A DNA stretch of 64,000 nucleotides from the NCBI GenBank assembly GCA_043813075.1, contig JBDRLL010000033.1, positions 15,786 to 79,785 on the forward strand, written 5' to 3'. A model generated the notes under the pieces. That model ran no database searches and had not been told where the DNA came from. It saw only the letters and a list, made by a program, of their open reading frames with translations. The translations under genes and the position numbers were made by a program. Source of the DNA: Candidatus Altiarchaeota archaeon (lineage in GTDB: Archaea; Altiarchaeota; Altiarchaeia; IMC4; SCGC-AAA252-I15). This document shows, piece by piece, positions 1 to 10,223 of the stretch (the first letter of the stretch is position 1; the number at the start of each line of letters is the position of its first letter).

Positions 1-2
1 AG

Positions 3-3000
3 GAGACTGGAGGTAACGCCGATGAGAAGAGGCTTGTGGGCAGGGCGCTGGACGCACTAGTACTGCATTTGCATAGGATTGGCGAGGGACATGATCTCCC
101 GAACCATCTGTCGAGCCGCCACTTCTTTGCCAGGGAGTCGGAACTGCATAACCTGAGCGTTGGTGATATGAGGAGCAGGCTGTCCGCCTTCCTGTCGCCG
201 ACGAGGATCATGGACGCCAGCAATCCGGCGATGCACTTGAGGGCTATTATGACGCACAGACCGCAGAGGAGTGAAGAGGATTCGGGTTTCTTTTATGACA
301 GTGACATACAGTGTTTCGTGAGGGATGATGTGGAGCCGATGCTTGAAAGGGATGACTTGAGCGCTAGGACAGTCAGGAGGAGCATCAGCGAGGGCCGGGT
401 GGTGACCACACTTACCACCAGGTCAAGCCATGTCATAGAGTTCAGGGATGGATCTCCAGTCCTGACTGCGATTGGGGGTAGGAATTGCGAGCATTTGACT
501 CTTGACAGAGACGGTAATACAACACCCTTACTTGCCGAAATCCAGGAGTCTATCGACATACATGACTTTGGTTCAAGCCCTGGGGGCAGGGCTCTCGCCA
601 GCAGGTTGAGGCATGCTACTGAGCATATGAAATGGAAGGAGAAGCATGAGGCCCACGAGCAGTACAAGAGGCTTTGGAAGTCTCTTGGTCCTGATGAGAG
701 GGCTGCGCTTGAGACTCCTGATGCTATCGCAGGCTTCATGGGGCCTAACTTGGGTGAGGGGGTTAGGCGTAGTATTGTTGATGGCATGCTGTCTAGGAGC
801 ATGTCGGCGGATGACGTTAGGGCAGTAGCTTCAGCGGAGTGCGTGGGTATGCTTGCGGCAGCGTATTCGAAGGAGGGTTATGGTGTTGTCGCAGACAACT
901 ATCTGGACAGGCTTGCTTCAGCCGCGCCCGCAGAGAAGGCCCTGCTCGGGCGCAGGGGTTTTGTGGAGGACTTGCGCAGTCACTTGTCTAAAGCCACTGG
1001 GGAGGATGGTCTTATGGGTCAAGTTGCGTCAAGAGTGAACGAGCTTGTGGACTATGTCGCAGACTCGTCCAGGCATCACGGGTGCAGGCAGGTGTTCACG
1101 CTCCACGGGGTTTCAAAGGCTTACTTGGGTGATAAGGACATGCGGTTGGATGTTCTGGAGGCTAATCTCCCGCAGGACGAGAGGACGCGGGCATTTCTTA
1201 TAGACACTGGAATGGCAGCGTCAATGATAACAGAGTCATCTCACCGGGAGGTTCTGGTGGAGACCATGTCAAAGACCACGCCGGAGATTGTGGACAGGAT
1301 ACGGGGGACTCTCGTGGAAGCCAGACTGAGGGACGGGAGCCTCACTGGATTCGGCAGGCTAGTCCTGTTCAGAGACCAGGAGAGCAGGAATGCGGTGGCC
1401 GCATGCGGTACAGTCGCGAGACTGGGGCCTTTGGCTGGTAACGCTTATCTGAACGCTGCAGTACAGAGCCTCCACGACAAGGCCACCATCTACGCTGACC
1501 CGGATTACATAGCCCTCCTTGAGGCTTCCAGCGACGAGGCAGGCCAGGCGCTGGTCCACGGCCAGCACACCCTAGTGAATCATTGGGTGACTAACAGGGA
1601 GTTCTGGGGGAGTCAGGAGGCTAGAGCCATGTGCGGTGCCGCGGATTATAAGGTTATGAAGGCGCTTATCGCAGCGCACGATAAGTGGGAGAGGCTTCCT
1701 GACGGATTCGCCCAGGCTGGTACCGCACTCGCACAGGGCAATGCGAGTGAAGGGGAGATAGCCGCGTGGGCGAAGGCTGCTAAGGGCGGCCTGCAGAGCG
1801 CGTTGATGAATCAGGGGTGCGTGGCGAATCTCATGTCCATGGGTTCAGACCCGAACACGAGGGAGCCTAGGACTAAGGCTTTGCTGAGTGAGATGGGGGA
1901 TCTTGTTGGTGAGAAAGTTTGGAGCCCGACTGGAAGGACTAGTGGGAGGAGGCGTCCTAGGGACGGCGGGGAGAATATGGGTAAGGCCATAGTCGATACG
2001 CTGGCTGACGATGAGACTAGGAGGAGGCTGATGGGCCTCCCCAATGAGGAGGCGCTTAAAAACGGGTTCTCGCTGGCTGTGGACGAGAAGGCTCGTGGGA
2101 GAGCATACTGTGTGCCTGCGGCAGACGCCCTGCAGCATTCGGAGTTCATGCCCCCACAGATGGCTGCCATGTATCTGGGCGAGGCGAAGGAGGATCTGGA
2201 CGAGCATGAGGAAGCGAGTAGGGGTAGTATGTTACGTGATAAAGCGCTCTTAAGATTGATTGCTGAGAAGCTTCCTGAGGGGGTGGCGGCCCACGTGGTC
2301 AAGATGATGGGGTCGATTCACTTCACGAGACCGGAGGAGTTGAAGGCGCTCCTGCGGGATGCTGAAGGGCCGGTTATCCCTGATGGGCTTACCGTTGAAC
2401 AGGGTGGTTCACTGCTCTCGCTACAGATTGATGTTCCGGAGGGATTCCCGGTCGCTGACGTGAAGCGTGCTGTCGCAACCATGTGCGGGGCGGAGGCTGT
2501 AGCACCGACAGACTATGATGGCACGCCCATACCTGTGACGCCTGATAAGATGAAGAGCGAGAGCGTATCAACGTACATGAGCCACATGTCTGAAAAGAAG
2601 AATGACATGCACTTTGACCATGATGGGGTTGGGGGTCATTTAGAGGTTGTCAGGCAGGCGACCGAGACGTTCACCCTGCTAGGACCACTCGGTTATGGTT
2701 ATAGTCGCGAGGACTTTGACGGTAGGACGGAGGTATATGACTCCAGGACCGAAGTCGCGCAAGGGCTCACTGAGATGAGGCAGTTGGGCATTAAATTCAG
2801 TTACACGCCTGTCGTTGAGATGGGTGGTGAAGGCGGTAAAGAGAGGCGTGTCGTCACCACAGACCCGTGGACTTCCTACGCGTGCCAGACTGGTTCAAGC
2901 TTGATTTTGGAGGATGCGCAGAGGATATGCGCGGATACCGGCTCGCTTCCCAGAGCATTCACGGACGGTGTTCTCGCGGGAGCTAGGAGGAGGGCGGGAA

Positions 3001-5288
3001 ACACGGAGCCGGCAGGCCCGGAACTCCAGGCCAGCTTCCATGGAGGGATGTGCGAGCTGGCGCAACGTGTCAAGCCCATCGAGGGCTCCCTTAAGGTGGA
3101 TCTGCTGGACTGGATTAGGTATGGCAACACGCACGCCCAGGTGGTTATGGATGCATTGGTAGCGGACCCGACTGCTCCAATAGCGGAAAACCTTGAGTCC
3201 AACTACTATAGTAAAGCAGAGCAGTTGGGGAAAGCGGTCGAAGGCCTGCGTAGGGTACGCAACGACTATCCCATAGACGCTGCATCACTTGAGCCTGTGG
3301 TGTTAACCCAGACGCCGGAGGCTTGCGCAGCATTCATGAAGAGTCTGGAGCCGTTGGCTGATGACGAGAGGGGTAAGAGGCCGGAGCCTCTCCACGTTAT
3401 TGCAGCCACTGCGTTAGTCAGCCCGATAGTCTCGGCGGGGGCTGACTTCACTGGAGTGACCGGTGAGGTGGGGAAGATACTGCAGGAGACTACAGGCAAC
3501 CCGTTGAGCATGCTGGTGACAGGATTAAAGCCGCTTGTAGAGGATGGGACGGTACATGACTTGGAGACTCTAGGCGCCTACGGTCACGCGTTGGCGAGAG
3601 TAACCCAGGTGAACGCTTCCAGCCAGGCGATGGAGATGGCGCTCACCCGCATCACGCCAAGGTATGAGGGGACCGAAGCACTGCCGCCCAGAAGTGTTGC
3701 AGAGGAGTGTGAAGTCTTCTGCGGATATCTCGGAGACTTTGGGCCGTCCAATATCCCGAGGCTCTACGAGACTTACCGCGGCATTAGGATGGGTGCGGAG
3801 CCGAGTGAAGATGCGAAGGCTGCTGGCCTGACCAAGACCGGTGATCAGGGTGTGAGGCAGCTGAAGGCTTTGGAGGCGAGGGCGAGGAAGAAGCTGTTGG
3901 GCGACGACAGGAGCGTGCAGGTTGAAAGCCAGCTGGAGGCTGACATCATGACTTCGATGCTGAAGATCGAGACCAGCGACTGGGCGAGGGGTACGACTCT
4001 CGCAGACATACTGGAGCAGTTGAATGCAGCCATAGCTGACGGGCGTGTGGCGGATGTCCCAAAAGGCTATGATAGGGGGGTAATCAGGGTAGACAAGAAG
4101 GATGCCAAGGCGGTGGCTGAATTCCAGTTCCAGCCGCACGCGCACGAGAAGCTGGAGGATATCAGGGAGGACGTCAGGGCTGTGACAGGCAAGACTGTTG
4201 AAGAGGTTGTTGTGGAGGCGAGGACTGCCATAATCCAGGGCGCTGAAGCCCAGGTAAGGGCGCTTGAGGATTCACTAGCCCAGGCAGACCCTTCAGAGAA
4301 AGGATACGCTGGCAGGAAGAAGGGCTGTGAGATGAGGATACGAAGATACAGGGAACTGGCGGAGAGGGTGAAGGACCAGGATACTGTGGAAGGCTTCGTG
4401 GAAACCGTCGCCAGCTGGGAGGGCAAGAAGGATGACGAAGTGACCACAACCCACCTTAGGAGGGTCCTGATAAGCTACGGCATGTCACAGAAGTCTGATG
4501 GCGGCGGAAAATTCAGGAGGGCTGTCGAGTCCCCGCTCAAGGACGGTATCGAAGACGTGAATGAATTCTACGAGATACTCTTGAGGAAGCACATCCTAGG
4601 CCCCAACGACCAGGTTGAGGGTTATCTGCCGCTTTCAAAAGAAGCGAAAAAGAGGGCGCAGCAGGTGGTTCGCCAGCCCACCATAGAGGAGGAGTTGAGT
4701 AGGAGGGAGAACATTGCTGCTGCAGGGAAGGAGGAGATTCTTGTGGTGCCGTCAAGGGGATTGAGGGGTGAGACCTGCGGCTACTACTCTGACGCATGCT
4801 ACACGAGCGTGAATGGCATGCTTGAGGGGCACCCCAACATAGTGCCACTAACGCTTGTGAGAGGCCCTGAGACACCGTCAGAGAGGATTATCGGCGGTGT
4901 GCTGGTGATAGAGGCTCAGACAGCTGAGAGAAGGGGTCTTGGAGGGGAAGTGATCCCATCAGAAAAGGTTCTGGTGCTGAGGGCAGTGAACCCGCAGGAG
5001 ACTGCCATCAGGGCGCTCAAGGCGGACAGTTTCATGGAAGAATTCATTGACGGGTATGTCGTCCCAACTGCACGTAAGAGGGGTGCTATGAGGATACTCG
5101 TAGCCAAGAGCGCTGCTGGCGCTTCCATGACCAACAGGCCAAGCATAGCGGACTACGTGAACGGGGAGGGAAGTCCATACGAGAGCGCTGAGGTGATACC
5201 GCTCGCTGATGAGCCTCCGAGCACATTCAACGGCTATGACATAAGAGGCAAGTGCGTGCTGGTGAGAGACCTTGCTAAATCAGCATAG
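3..5288 (+). CDS. Giant hypothetical protein (>1750 aa, probably 5'-truncated by the window edge), largely helical, possible GNAT-like C-terminal domain
   Basis: The frame is open from base 3 (ETGGNADEKRLV) into the track ORF 36..5288. No recognised family motif; alternating beta/alpha pattern near the C-terminus (IIGGVLVIE, VLRAVNP, TNRP). Confidence 0.8.
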   Translation, partial: ETGGNADEKRLVGRALDALVLHLHRIGEGHDLPNHLSSRHFFARESELHNLSVGDMRSRLSAFLSPTRIMDASNPAMHLRAIMTHRPQRSEEDSGFFYDSDIQCFVRDDVEPMLERDDLSARTVRRSISEGRVVTTLTTRSSHVIEFRDGSPVLTAIGGRNCEHLTLDRDGNTTPLLAEIQESIDIHDFGSSPGGRALASRLRHATEHMKWKEKHEAHEQYKRLWKSLGPDERAALETPDAIAGFMGPNLGEGVRRSIVDGMLSRSMSADDVRAVASAECVGMLAAAYSKEGYGVVADNYLDRLASAAPAEKALLGRRGFVEDLRSHLSKATGEDGLMGQVASRVNELVDYVADSSRHHGCRQVFTLHGVSKAYLGDKDMRLDVLEANLPQDERTRAFLIDTGMAASMITESSHREVLVETMSKTTPEIVDRIRGTLVEARLRDGSLTGFGRLVLFRDQESRNAVAACGTVARLGPLAGNAYLNAAVQSLHDKATIYADPDYIALLEASSDEAGQALVHGQHTLVNHWVTNREFWGSQEARAMCGAADYKVMKALIAAHDKWERLPDGFAQAGTALAQGNASEGEIAAWAKAAKGGLQSALMNQGCVANLMSMGSDPNTREPRTKALLSEMGDLVGEKVWSPTGRTSGRRRPRDGGENMGKAIVDTLADDETRRRLMGLPNEEALKNGFSLAVDEKARGRAYCVPAADALQHSEFMPPQMAAMYLGEAKEDLDEHEEASRGSMLRDKALLRLIAEKLPEGVAAHVVKMMGSIHFTRPEELKALLRDAEGPVIPDGLTVEQGGSLLSLQIDVPEGFPVADVKRAVATMCGAEAVAPTDYDGTPIPVTPDKMKSESVSTYMSHMSEKKNDMHFDHDGVGGHLEVVRQATETFTLLGPLGYGYSREDFDGRTEVYDSRTEVAQGLTEMRQLGIKFSYTPVVEMGGEGGKERRVVTTDPWTSYACQTGSSLILEDAQRICADTGSLPRAFTDGVLAGARRRAGNTEPAGPELQASFHGGMCELAQRVKPIEGSLKVDLLDWIRYGNTHAQVVMDALVADPTAPIAENLESNYYSKAEQLGKAVEGLRRVRNDYPIDAASLEPVVLTQTPEACAAFMKSLEPLADDERGKRPEPLHVIAATALVSPIVSAGADFTGVTGEVGKILQETTGNPLSMLVTGLKPLVEDGTVHDLETLGAYGHALARVTQVNASSQAMEMALTRITPRYEGTEALPPRSVAEECEVFCGYLGDFGPSNIPRLYETYRGIRMGAEPSEDAKAAGLTKTGDQGVRQLKALEARARKKLLGDDRSVQVESQLEADIMTSMLKIETSDWARGTTLADILEQLNAAIADGRVADVPKGYDRGVIRVDKKDAKAVAEFQFQPHAHEKLEDIREDVRAVTGKTVEEVVVEARTAIIQGAEAQVRALEDSLAQADPSEKGYAGRKKGCEMRIRRYRELAERVKDQDTVEGFVETVASWEGKKDDEVTTTHLRRVLISYGMSQKSDGGGKFRRAVESPLKDGIEDVNEFYEILLRKHILGPNDQVEGYLPLSKEAKKRAQQVVRQPTIEEELSRRENIAAAGKEEILVVPSRGLRGETCGYYSDACYTSVNGMLEGHPNIVPLTLVRGPETPSERIIGGVLVIEAQTAERRGLGGEVIPSEKVLVLRAVNPQETAIRALKADSFMEEFIDGYVVPTARKRGAMRILVAKSAAGASMTNRPSIADYVNGEGSPYESAEVIPLADEPPSTFNGYDIRGKCVLVRDLAKSA

Positions 5289-5289
5289 A

Positions 5290-6069
5290 TTATCCGACAG
5301 TACCTATCCGGAATAGCCTGCAGTCGTGTTTAGAGCAGATTTTCTCGAGGCTGACATAATCATATTCTGATAGGGTGATTATGAAGTTGTCTAGGTTCCT
5401 TGCCATCGGGTAGGGTAGGTCGGCGCTTAGTGTGAATCTATTTCCTGACTTCTCGCTCATCTCATACACGACCGAAACCAGCCCGCCTTTGGTGACGTCC
5501 TTAGCGGAGTTGACTTTGACTCCGGACGCTAGTGCCGCATACCATGCCCCGAACATTTTCCTGGCCTTCCCTAGCCTCTCATCCATCCCACCCCATAGGG
5601 GCTCGCCGAGGAGGCATATTATGTCACCGTTTTCCGCCCCTGAGTCCCGGATGGGCTCGTCAAGCAGGAGTTCGCCCAACACGGTGAGGCTGCAGCGCGG
5701 TTCCACATCCTCGAAGAGGGTGTTGCCGCCGAGTAGGGGGATTTTCAATGCGAGTGACTGTTTCTTGAGTGAATCAATCATCTCCCCCAGATCGGCCTTG
5801 GGGCCTATTATTGAGTCCATTGCGAATAGCGGCCTGCCGCCCTTGACGACGACGTCTGTCGCCGCATGAACCAGAGCACTCTTCAAGACCAGGCGCTTGC
5901 TGTACGGCCCGTCGACGCTCGCAAGGAGGCGGCCTTTGAAGTCCACACATACGGAGTCATCCCAGTCCCTGACACCCATAACCGGGTTGGCCAGCTCGTC
6001 CATATCCAGGAGCTTCTCCCGTATCCACTCTAGGGCTTTAACATACTTCTCAGAGACGTCGTCTGCCAT
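5290..6069 (-). CDS. AIR synthase-related (PurM/ThiL/HypE/SelD superfamily) ATP-binding protein
   Basis: DD..SVDG, ATDVVVKGGRP, LLGGNT, GDIICLLG and SAKDVTKGGL motifs typical of the PurM-like fold. Confidence 0.75.
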   Translation of the reverse strand: MADDVSEKYVKALEWIREKLLDMDELANPVMGVRDWDDSVCVDFKGRLLASVDGPYSKRLVLKSALVHAATDVVVKGGRPLFAMDSIIGPKADLGEMIDSLKKQSLALKIPLLGGNTLFEDVEPRCSLTVLGELLLDEPIRDSGAENGDIICLLGEPLWGGMDERLGKARKMFGAWYAALASGVKVNSAKDVTKGGLVSVVYEMSEKSGNRFTLSADLPYPMARNLDNFIITLSEYDYVSLEKICSKHDCRLFRIGTVG

Positions 6070-6489
6070 TCACACCATCTCCCTCAGCTTGTCAAGACCA
6101 GGGCACATCCTGGAGTCAGTGCAGAACCAGATGCCGTAGAGCCGGTAGAATGGGAATTCACGGCATACAGCCGGCCTGTGCCCGTGCACCCTGCACTTGT
6201 CGTCCTTAAGGAAGACACAGCGGCCGTTAACCCGCTTCAGGGAGCCTTCCCCATCTACGCTGGCGGAGAAGCCGGTTTCACCCGCGTCCGCGAGCCTCTT
6301 AACGTCTTCAGGAGTAACGGGGGTTATCCTAAAGCGGCAGCAGTTACCACAGCACGTGCACTTGAATTCATGCCTCACACGGCCTAGGAGATAGGCTCGA
6401 TGCATCTTAGGCAGGATTGCCGCTATTACCCCAGCGACCATGAAGACGAGTACCGTTAAGACTGAGAACATGGAGAGAGGGTCGACCAT
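6070..6489 (-). CDS. YkgJ-family (CxxCxxCC) cysteine cluster protein with N-terminal TM helix
   Basis: FKCTCCGNCC, CVFL, CRVH..RP.VCREFPF; hydrophobic N-terminus; ATG at 6489 (track start is TTG 6504). Confidence 0.85.
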   Translation of the reverse strand: MVDPLSMFSVLTVLVFMVAGVIAAILPKMHRAYLLGRVRHEFKCTCCGNCCRFRITPVTPEDVKRLADAGETGFSASVDGEGSLKRVNGRCVFLKDDKCRVHGHRPAVCREFPFYRLYGIWFCTDSRMCPGLDKLREMV

Positions 6490-6588
6490 AATAAGATTCT
6501 GCAATACAAAATAAAAAAATCAGGGGGAAAATAGGGCAGTATTTTTAAAGGAAAACAACATAAGATTAAACGCTTTTAATTCCGGGGA

Positions 6589-6999
6589 ATGGTGATGCCA
6601 GGTAAAAAAACAGTTAAAAAAACTAGTAAAAAACCAAAACCTACTTCTAAAAAGAAGTCTCCAGGAAAAACAGGCAACAAGGTTGCTAAGGAAAATACGG
6701 CTAAAAAGTCTGTGAAAAAGAAGTCCACGATGGATAAAAAACCTAAAACCAATGCGAAAACGAAGGCGGCGCCGAAGGCGAAGACTATTAAGTGCTGTAA
6801 GCACTGCGTGGACTACGAGCACTGCAAGGATAAGGGGGAATGCTGCAACTACTGCGACTTCTACTTCAAGGGCAAGTGCATGTACGAGAAGGAGAAGAAC
6901 CTGATACCCAAGGACCCTTGCGTCATAGAGATGAACGACTATAGGGGAGACGATTTCGGTATAGACGACCACGAAGCCTACGAGTCACTCTACGAGTAG
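6589..6999 (+). CDS. Small protein with Lys-rich N-tail, Cys cluster and acidic C-tail
   Basis: KKTVKKTSKKPK... tail, then CCKHC..C..CCNYC..C, then DDFGIDDHEAYESLYE. Confidence 0.7.
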   Translation: MVMPGKKTVKKTSKKPKPTSKKKSPGKTGNKVAKENTAKKSVKKKSTMDKKPKTNAKTKAAPKAKTIKCCKHCVDYEHCKDKGECCNYCDFYFKGKCMYEKEKNLIPKDPCVIEMNDYRGDDFGIDDHEAYESLYE

Positions 7000-7796
7000 T
7001 TCATGCTGCCTGTGCGGTAACCTTTAAGGTCCATCGTAACCCGATTGAATCCAAGCCCCAACAGCCTATCAGAGATTATGTCCCTATTATCGTATACTTT
7101 ATCAAATTCTCCTGGATCAACCTCTATTACTGCAACATCGCCTAAACACCTGACCCTCACCTGCCTGACACCTAATGACCTGACCACCGACTCCGCGTCT
7201 GAGACCGTGGACAGTAACTCCCCGGTTATCTCGGTGCCGTATGGGATTCTTGAGGCGAGGCATGCGGTAGACGGCTTGTCGTGGTTTGGGAGTCGGAGAG
7301 ACTCAGAAAGAGCGCGCACGTCATCCTTGGTGAACCCAAGTTCTGCTAGGGGGCTTAGAATCCCCATCTCCCTAAGAGCCATGTAGCCGGGCCTGTGTCC
7401 TCTAATCTCACTGGCATTAGTGCCCTCCACGATTGTCTTGACCCCGTATTCGGCAGCAATCTTACGCATCTTCAAGGCCAGCTCATGCTTACAGTAGTAG
7501 CAACGGTCTTCAGGATTGGACTTGAAGCCTTCACTAGCCAGCTCGTTGTGGGGGCACAGGATATGATTTATGCCGATGACCCCCGCTATCTCGCCGGCAG
7601 AACCGACTTCACTCGGGTCTGATGTTGGGGATACGAGAGTGACTGCGATTGCCTTTTCACCCAGCGTGTCGTGGGAGACCTTAGCCAGGAGGCTGGAGTC
7701 CACACCCCCTGAGAACGCTATTATCACCCCATCAAGGCCTTTGAAGAAGTCTGATAGGCGCTGTTTTTTAGCCTTCAAATCCTCTGGCATAAGCAT
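6990..7796 (-). CDS. larE: LarE-family ATP-dependent sulfur transferase (PP-loop, TIGR00268-like)
   Basis: AFSGGVDS PP-loop, RCYYCK, GTNASE..HRPG, ACLASRIPYG, GYRTGSMN. Confidence 0.9.
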   Translation of the reverse strand: MLMPEDLKAKKQRLSDFFKGLDGVIIAFSGGVDSSLLAKVSHDTLGEKAIAVTLVSPTSDPSEVGSAGEIAGVIGINHILCPHNELASEGFKSNPEDRCYYCKHELALKMRKIAAEYGVKTIVEGTNASEIRGHRPGYMALREMGILSPLAELGFTKDDVRALSESLRLPNHDKPSTACLASRIPYGTEITGELLSTVSDAESVVRSLGVRQVRVRCLGDVAVIEVDPGEFDKVYDNRDIISDRLLGLGFNRVTMDLKGYRTGSMNYS

Positions 7797-7826
7797 ATAT
7801 TACCGGTGAAAAACTATAAGAATACG

Positions 7827-9092
7827 ATGGTCGAATCGAGGATGCCGGGATTCTACAAGAAGACTGTTGGTGAGCGGAGAAGAGAGGTTGTCGGGCAGGC
7901 AGGATTGAGCGGTGAGGAGGAGGATTGCCTCAAGTCTGGGGGGCTTGACGAGAAGACTTCAGACAGGATGATAGAGAACGTTGTTGGATTGTTCAGCCTG
8001 CCGCTTGGAGTTGCGACAAACTTCCTGATAAACGGGAGAGACTACCTGATACCCATGGCCACTGAGGAGCCTTCCGTGGTGGCTGCCGCGAGCAATGCCG
8101 CCAAGATGGCTCGTGGCTCGGGCGGTTTCACTGTGGAGTCCGGAGACCAGCTGATGATTGGTCAGATACAGGTTGTTGGTGTTGACCCGGGGGAAGCTGG
8201 TGAGAAGGTTTTAGCTGGTGAGGAAGGTCTGCTGGAGCTCGCAAACCAGCAGGATCCGGTTCTTGTTAAGTTCGGCGGGGGTGCGAGGAGGATAGAGGCG
8301 AGAAGTATTGACACGAAAGAGGGTCCTATGCTGGTAGTCCACGTTATAGTGGATGTCAGGGATGCGATGGGCGCTAACGCAGTCAACACCATGTGTGAGG
8401 CGCTTGCACCTGAGATAGAATCGTTGACTGGGGGGGAGGCCATACTGAGGATAATATCAAATTATGCGGTGGAAAGGGTTGTTAAGGCGAGTGCATTGTT
8501 CCCTGCCGAGAAGTTGGGGGGTGATCGTGTTGTGGAGAGAATCTTGAAAGCCTATGCTCTTGCTGACGCTGACGTTCACAGGGCGGTCACACACAACAAG
8601 GGGATTATGAACGGGATAAGCGCGGTTGTCAGGGCGACTGGCAACGACACGCGAGCCGTTGAAGCGGGATGCCACGCCTACGCGTGCCGTGACGGCAGGT
8701 ACAGGAGCCTAACAAGGCACATGATAAACGGGGATGGGGACTTGGAGGCGAGTATTGAAGTTCCTATCGCAGTCGGCATAATAGGCGGCGCCACGAAAAG
8801 CCATCCGGTAGCCCATGCGGCACTGAAGATTATGGGGGTTAAAAGCGCTGGAGAGCTTTCCGGCATAATAGCGGCGGTTGGGCTTGCCCAGAACCTGGCT
8901 GCACTGAGGGCTCTGAGCGATGAGGGCATACAGAAGGGTCATATGGGACTGCACGCTAGAAACATTGCGGTAATGGCAGGTGCTGGAGACGAAATCGTTG
9001 ATGAGGTTGCTAGAGAACTTGCCGAATCGGGGACGGTAAGGATGGATAAGGCTAGGGAGATTATTAAAAAGATAAAGGAAAAGTCCGTTTAA
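7827..9092 (+). CDS. mvaA: Hydroxymethylglutaryl-CoA reductase, class II
   Basis: MIENVVG, ATEEPSVVAAAS, DAMGANAVNTMCE, HNKGIMNG, EGIQKGHM.LHA; ATG 7827 preferred over GTG 7806. Confidence 0.95.
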   Translation: MVESRMPGFYKKTVGERRREVVGQAGLSGEEEDCLKSGGLDEKTSDRMIENVVGLFSLPLGVATNFLINGRDYLIPMATEEPSVVAAASNAAKMARGSGGFTVESGDQLMIGQIQVVGVDPGEAGEKVLAGEEGLLELANQQDPVLVKFGGGARRIEARSIDTKEGPMLVVHVIVDVRDAMGANAVNTMCEALAPEIESLTGGEAILRIISNYAVERVVKASALFPAEKLGGDRVVERILKAYALADADVHRAVTHNKGIMNGISAVVRATGNDTRAVEAGCHAYACRDGRYRSLTRHMINGDGDLEASIEVPIAVGIIGGATKSHPVAHAALKIMGVKSAGELSGIIAAVGLAQNLAALRALSDEGIQKGHMGLHARNIAVMAGAGDEIVDEVARELAESGTVRMDKAREIIKKIKEKSV

Positions 9093-9223
9093 TGCATTAG
9101 ACCATACTCGTAGCCTATCTTCATGCCAATCAAGAATGCGGCGCCAACCAGTGTTGAAACCACTATGCCGACCAGCGTGAATTCAAGCTGCATGAAACCT
9201 TCCTTGGTTTTAGGTAGCATCAT
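9089..9223 (-). CDS. Small single-TM membrane protein (44 aa), not in the ORF track
   Basis: Read by hand: MMLPKTKEGFMQLEFTLVGIVVSTLVGAAFLIGMKIGYEYGLMH*; AGGTGA SD just upstream; fills the gap between mvaA and map. Confidence 0.7.
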   Translation of the reverse strand: MMLPKTKEGFMQLEFTLVGIVVSTLVGAAFLIGMKIGYEYGLMH

Positions 9224-9269
9224 ATCACCTGTTGTTAGATATTATAATCAGTATAAAAAAGGAGTGGAT

Positions 9270-10160
9270 TCATGCCGTCGTGACCTCGCAGCCGTCTGAA
9301 GTAACCACTATCGTATGCTCGAACTGGCTTACCACACCCTCCTGCCTCTCGTGGAGTGGGGGATATGACTTTAGTATGTCTTCAGCGGAAAGCTTGTTCA
9401 ACACGATGCCTAGACGCAGTGGGCTTATCTCAAGGGAATACCAGCGGGAAGCGAACGGAAGTCCCTCACGGCCATCTATTGCCTTCAGCAGTTTTCTCGC
9501 CTCCCTGTCCCTCGTCGGGCGCTGGCTGATTAATGAGAATATCTCCGCCTTCTTTGACTCCACCACCCTCCCGACACCGTCGGTCGCGAACGGCTCCAAA
9601 GCCAAGACCATGCCCTCCTCTATCACCCAGTCGTAGGGAACCTTGATGTTCGGTACGCTGAGCCCTGCGTGAAGGTCGTACTGCTTTACCTCATGCCCAG
9701 TCAGGTTTTCAATCGGCCGGTATCCTGCTGAAGTTATCCTGGACTGCACTATATCCCCGATGGCGCTGACTGAGAGGCCTGGTTTTACTGCTTCTATTGA
9801 TTCTGTGAGCGCTAGTTCGTTGGCTTCAAGCATTTTAGAGTATTCCCCAGTCAAGTCGATAGTGTATGCAGTGTCCGCTATGAATCCGTCGACGTGTACT
9901 CCAAGGTCAACTGAAACAACATCTTTTTCAGTGAGCACTAACTCGTCGTTGAACCTTGGCGTGTAGTGGGCTGCCACATCATTAACGCATACGTTGACAG
10001 GGAACGCGAGCCCTGCTTTGTTCTCGATTATCCTTGACTCTATGGACTCGGCTATTTCGATGAGTCTTGCGCCCGGCTTGACAAGCTTCCTGCTCCACTC
10101 CCTGGCTTCTGAAGCTATGCGACCAGCCTGTCGGTATGACTCCATATCCTCTGGCTCCAT
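9270..10160 (-). CDS. map: Methionine aminopeptidase, type II
   Basis: AFPVN..N..AAHYTP, DLGVHVDGFIADTA, NLTGH, ALEPFAT, SQFEHT; start trimmed to MEPEDMESY. Confidence 0.95.
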   Translation of the reverse strand: MEPEDMESYRQAGRIASEAREWSRKLVKPGARLIEIAESIESRIIENKAGLAFPVNVCVNDVAAHYTPRFNDELVLTEKDVVSVDLGVHVDGFIADTAYTIDLTGEYSKMLEANELALTESIEAVKPGLSVSAIGDIVQSRITSAGYRPIENLTGHEVKQYDLHAGLSVPNIKVPYDWVIEEGMVLALEPFATDGVGRVVESKKAEIFSLISQRPTRDREARKLLKAIDGREGLPFASRWYSLEISPLRLGIVLNKLSAEDILKSYPPLHERQEGVVSQFEHTIVVTSDGCEVTTA

Positions 10161-10223
10161 TGTTGGGTTAAACTTATTGGCCTGCCCCATTAAAATAAGG
10201 TCTAGGGCAATAGATAACAATCC

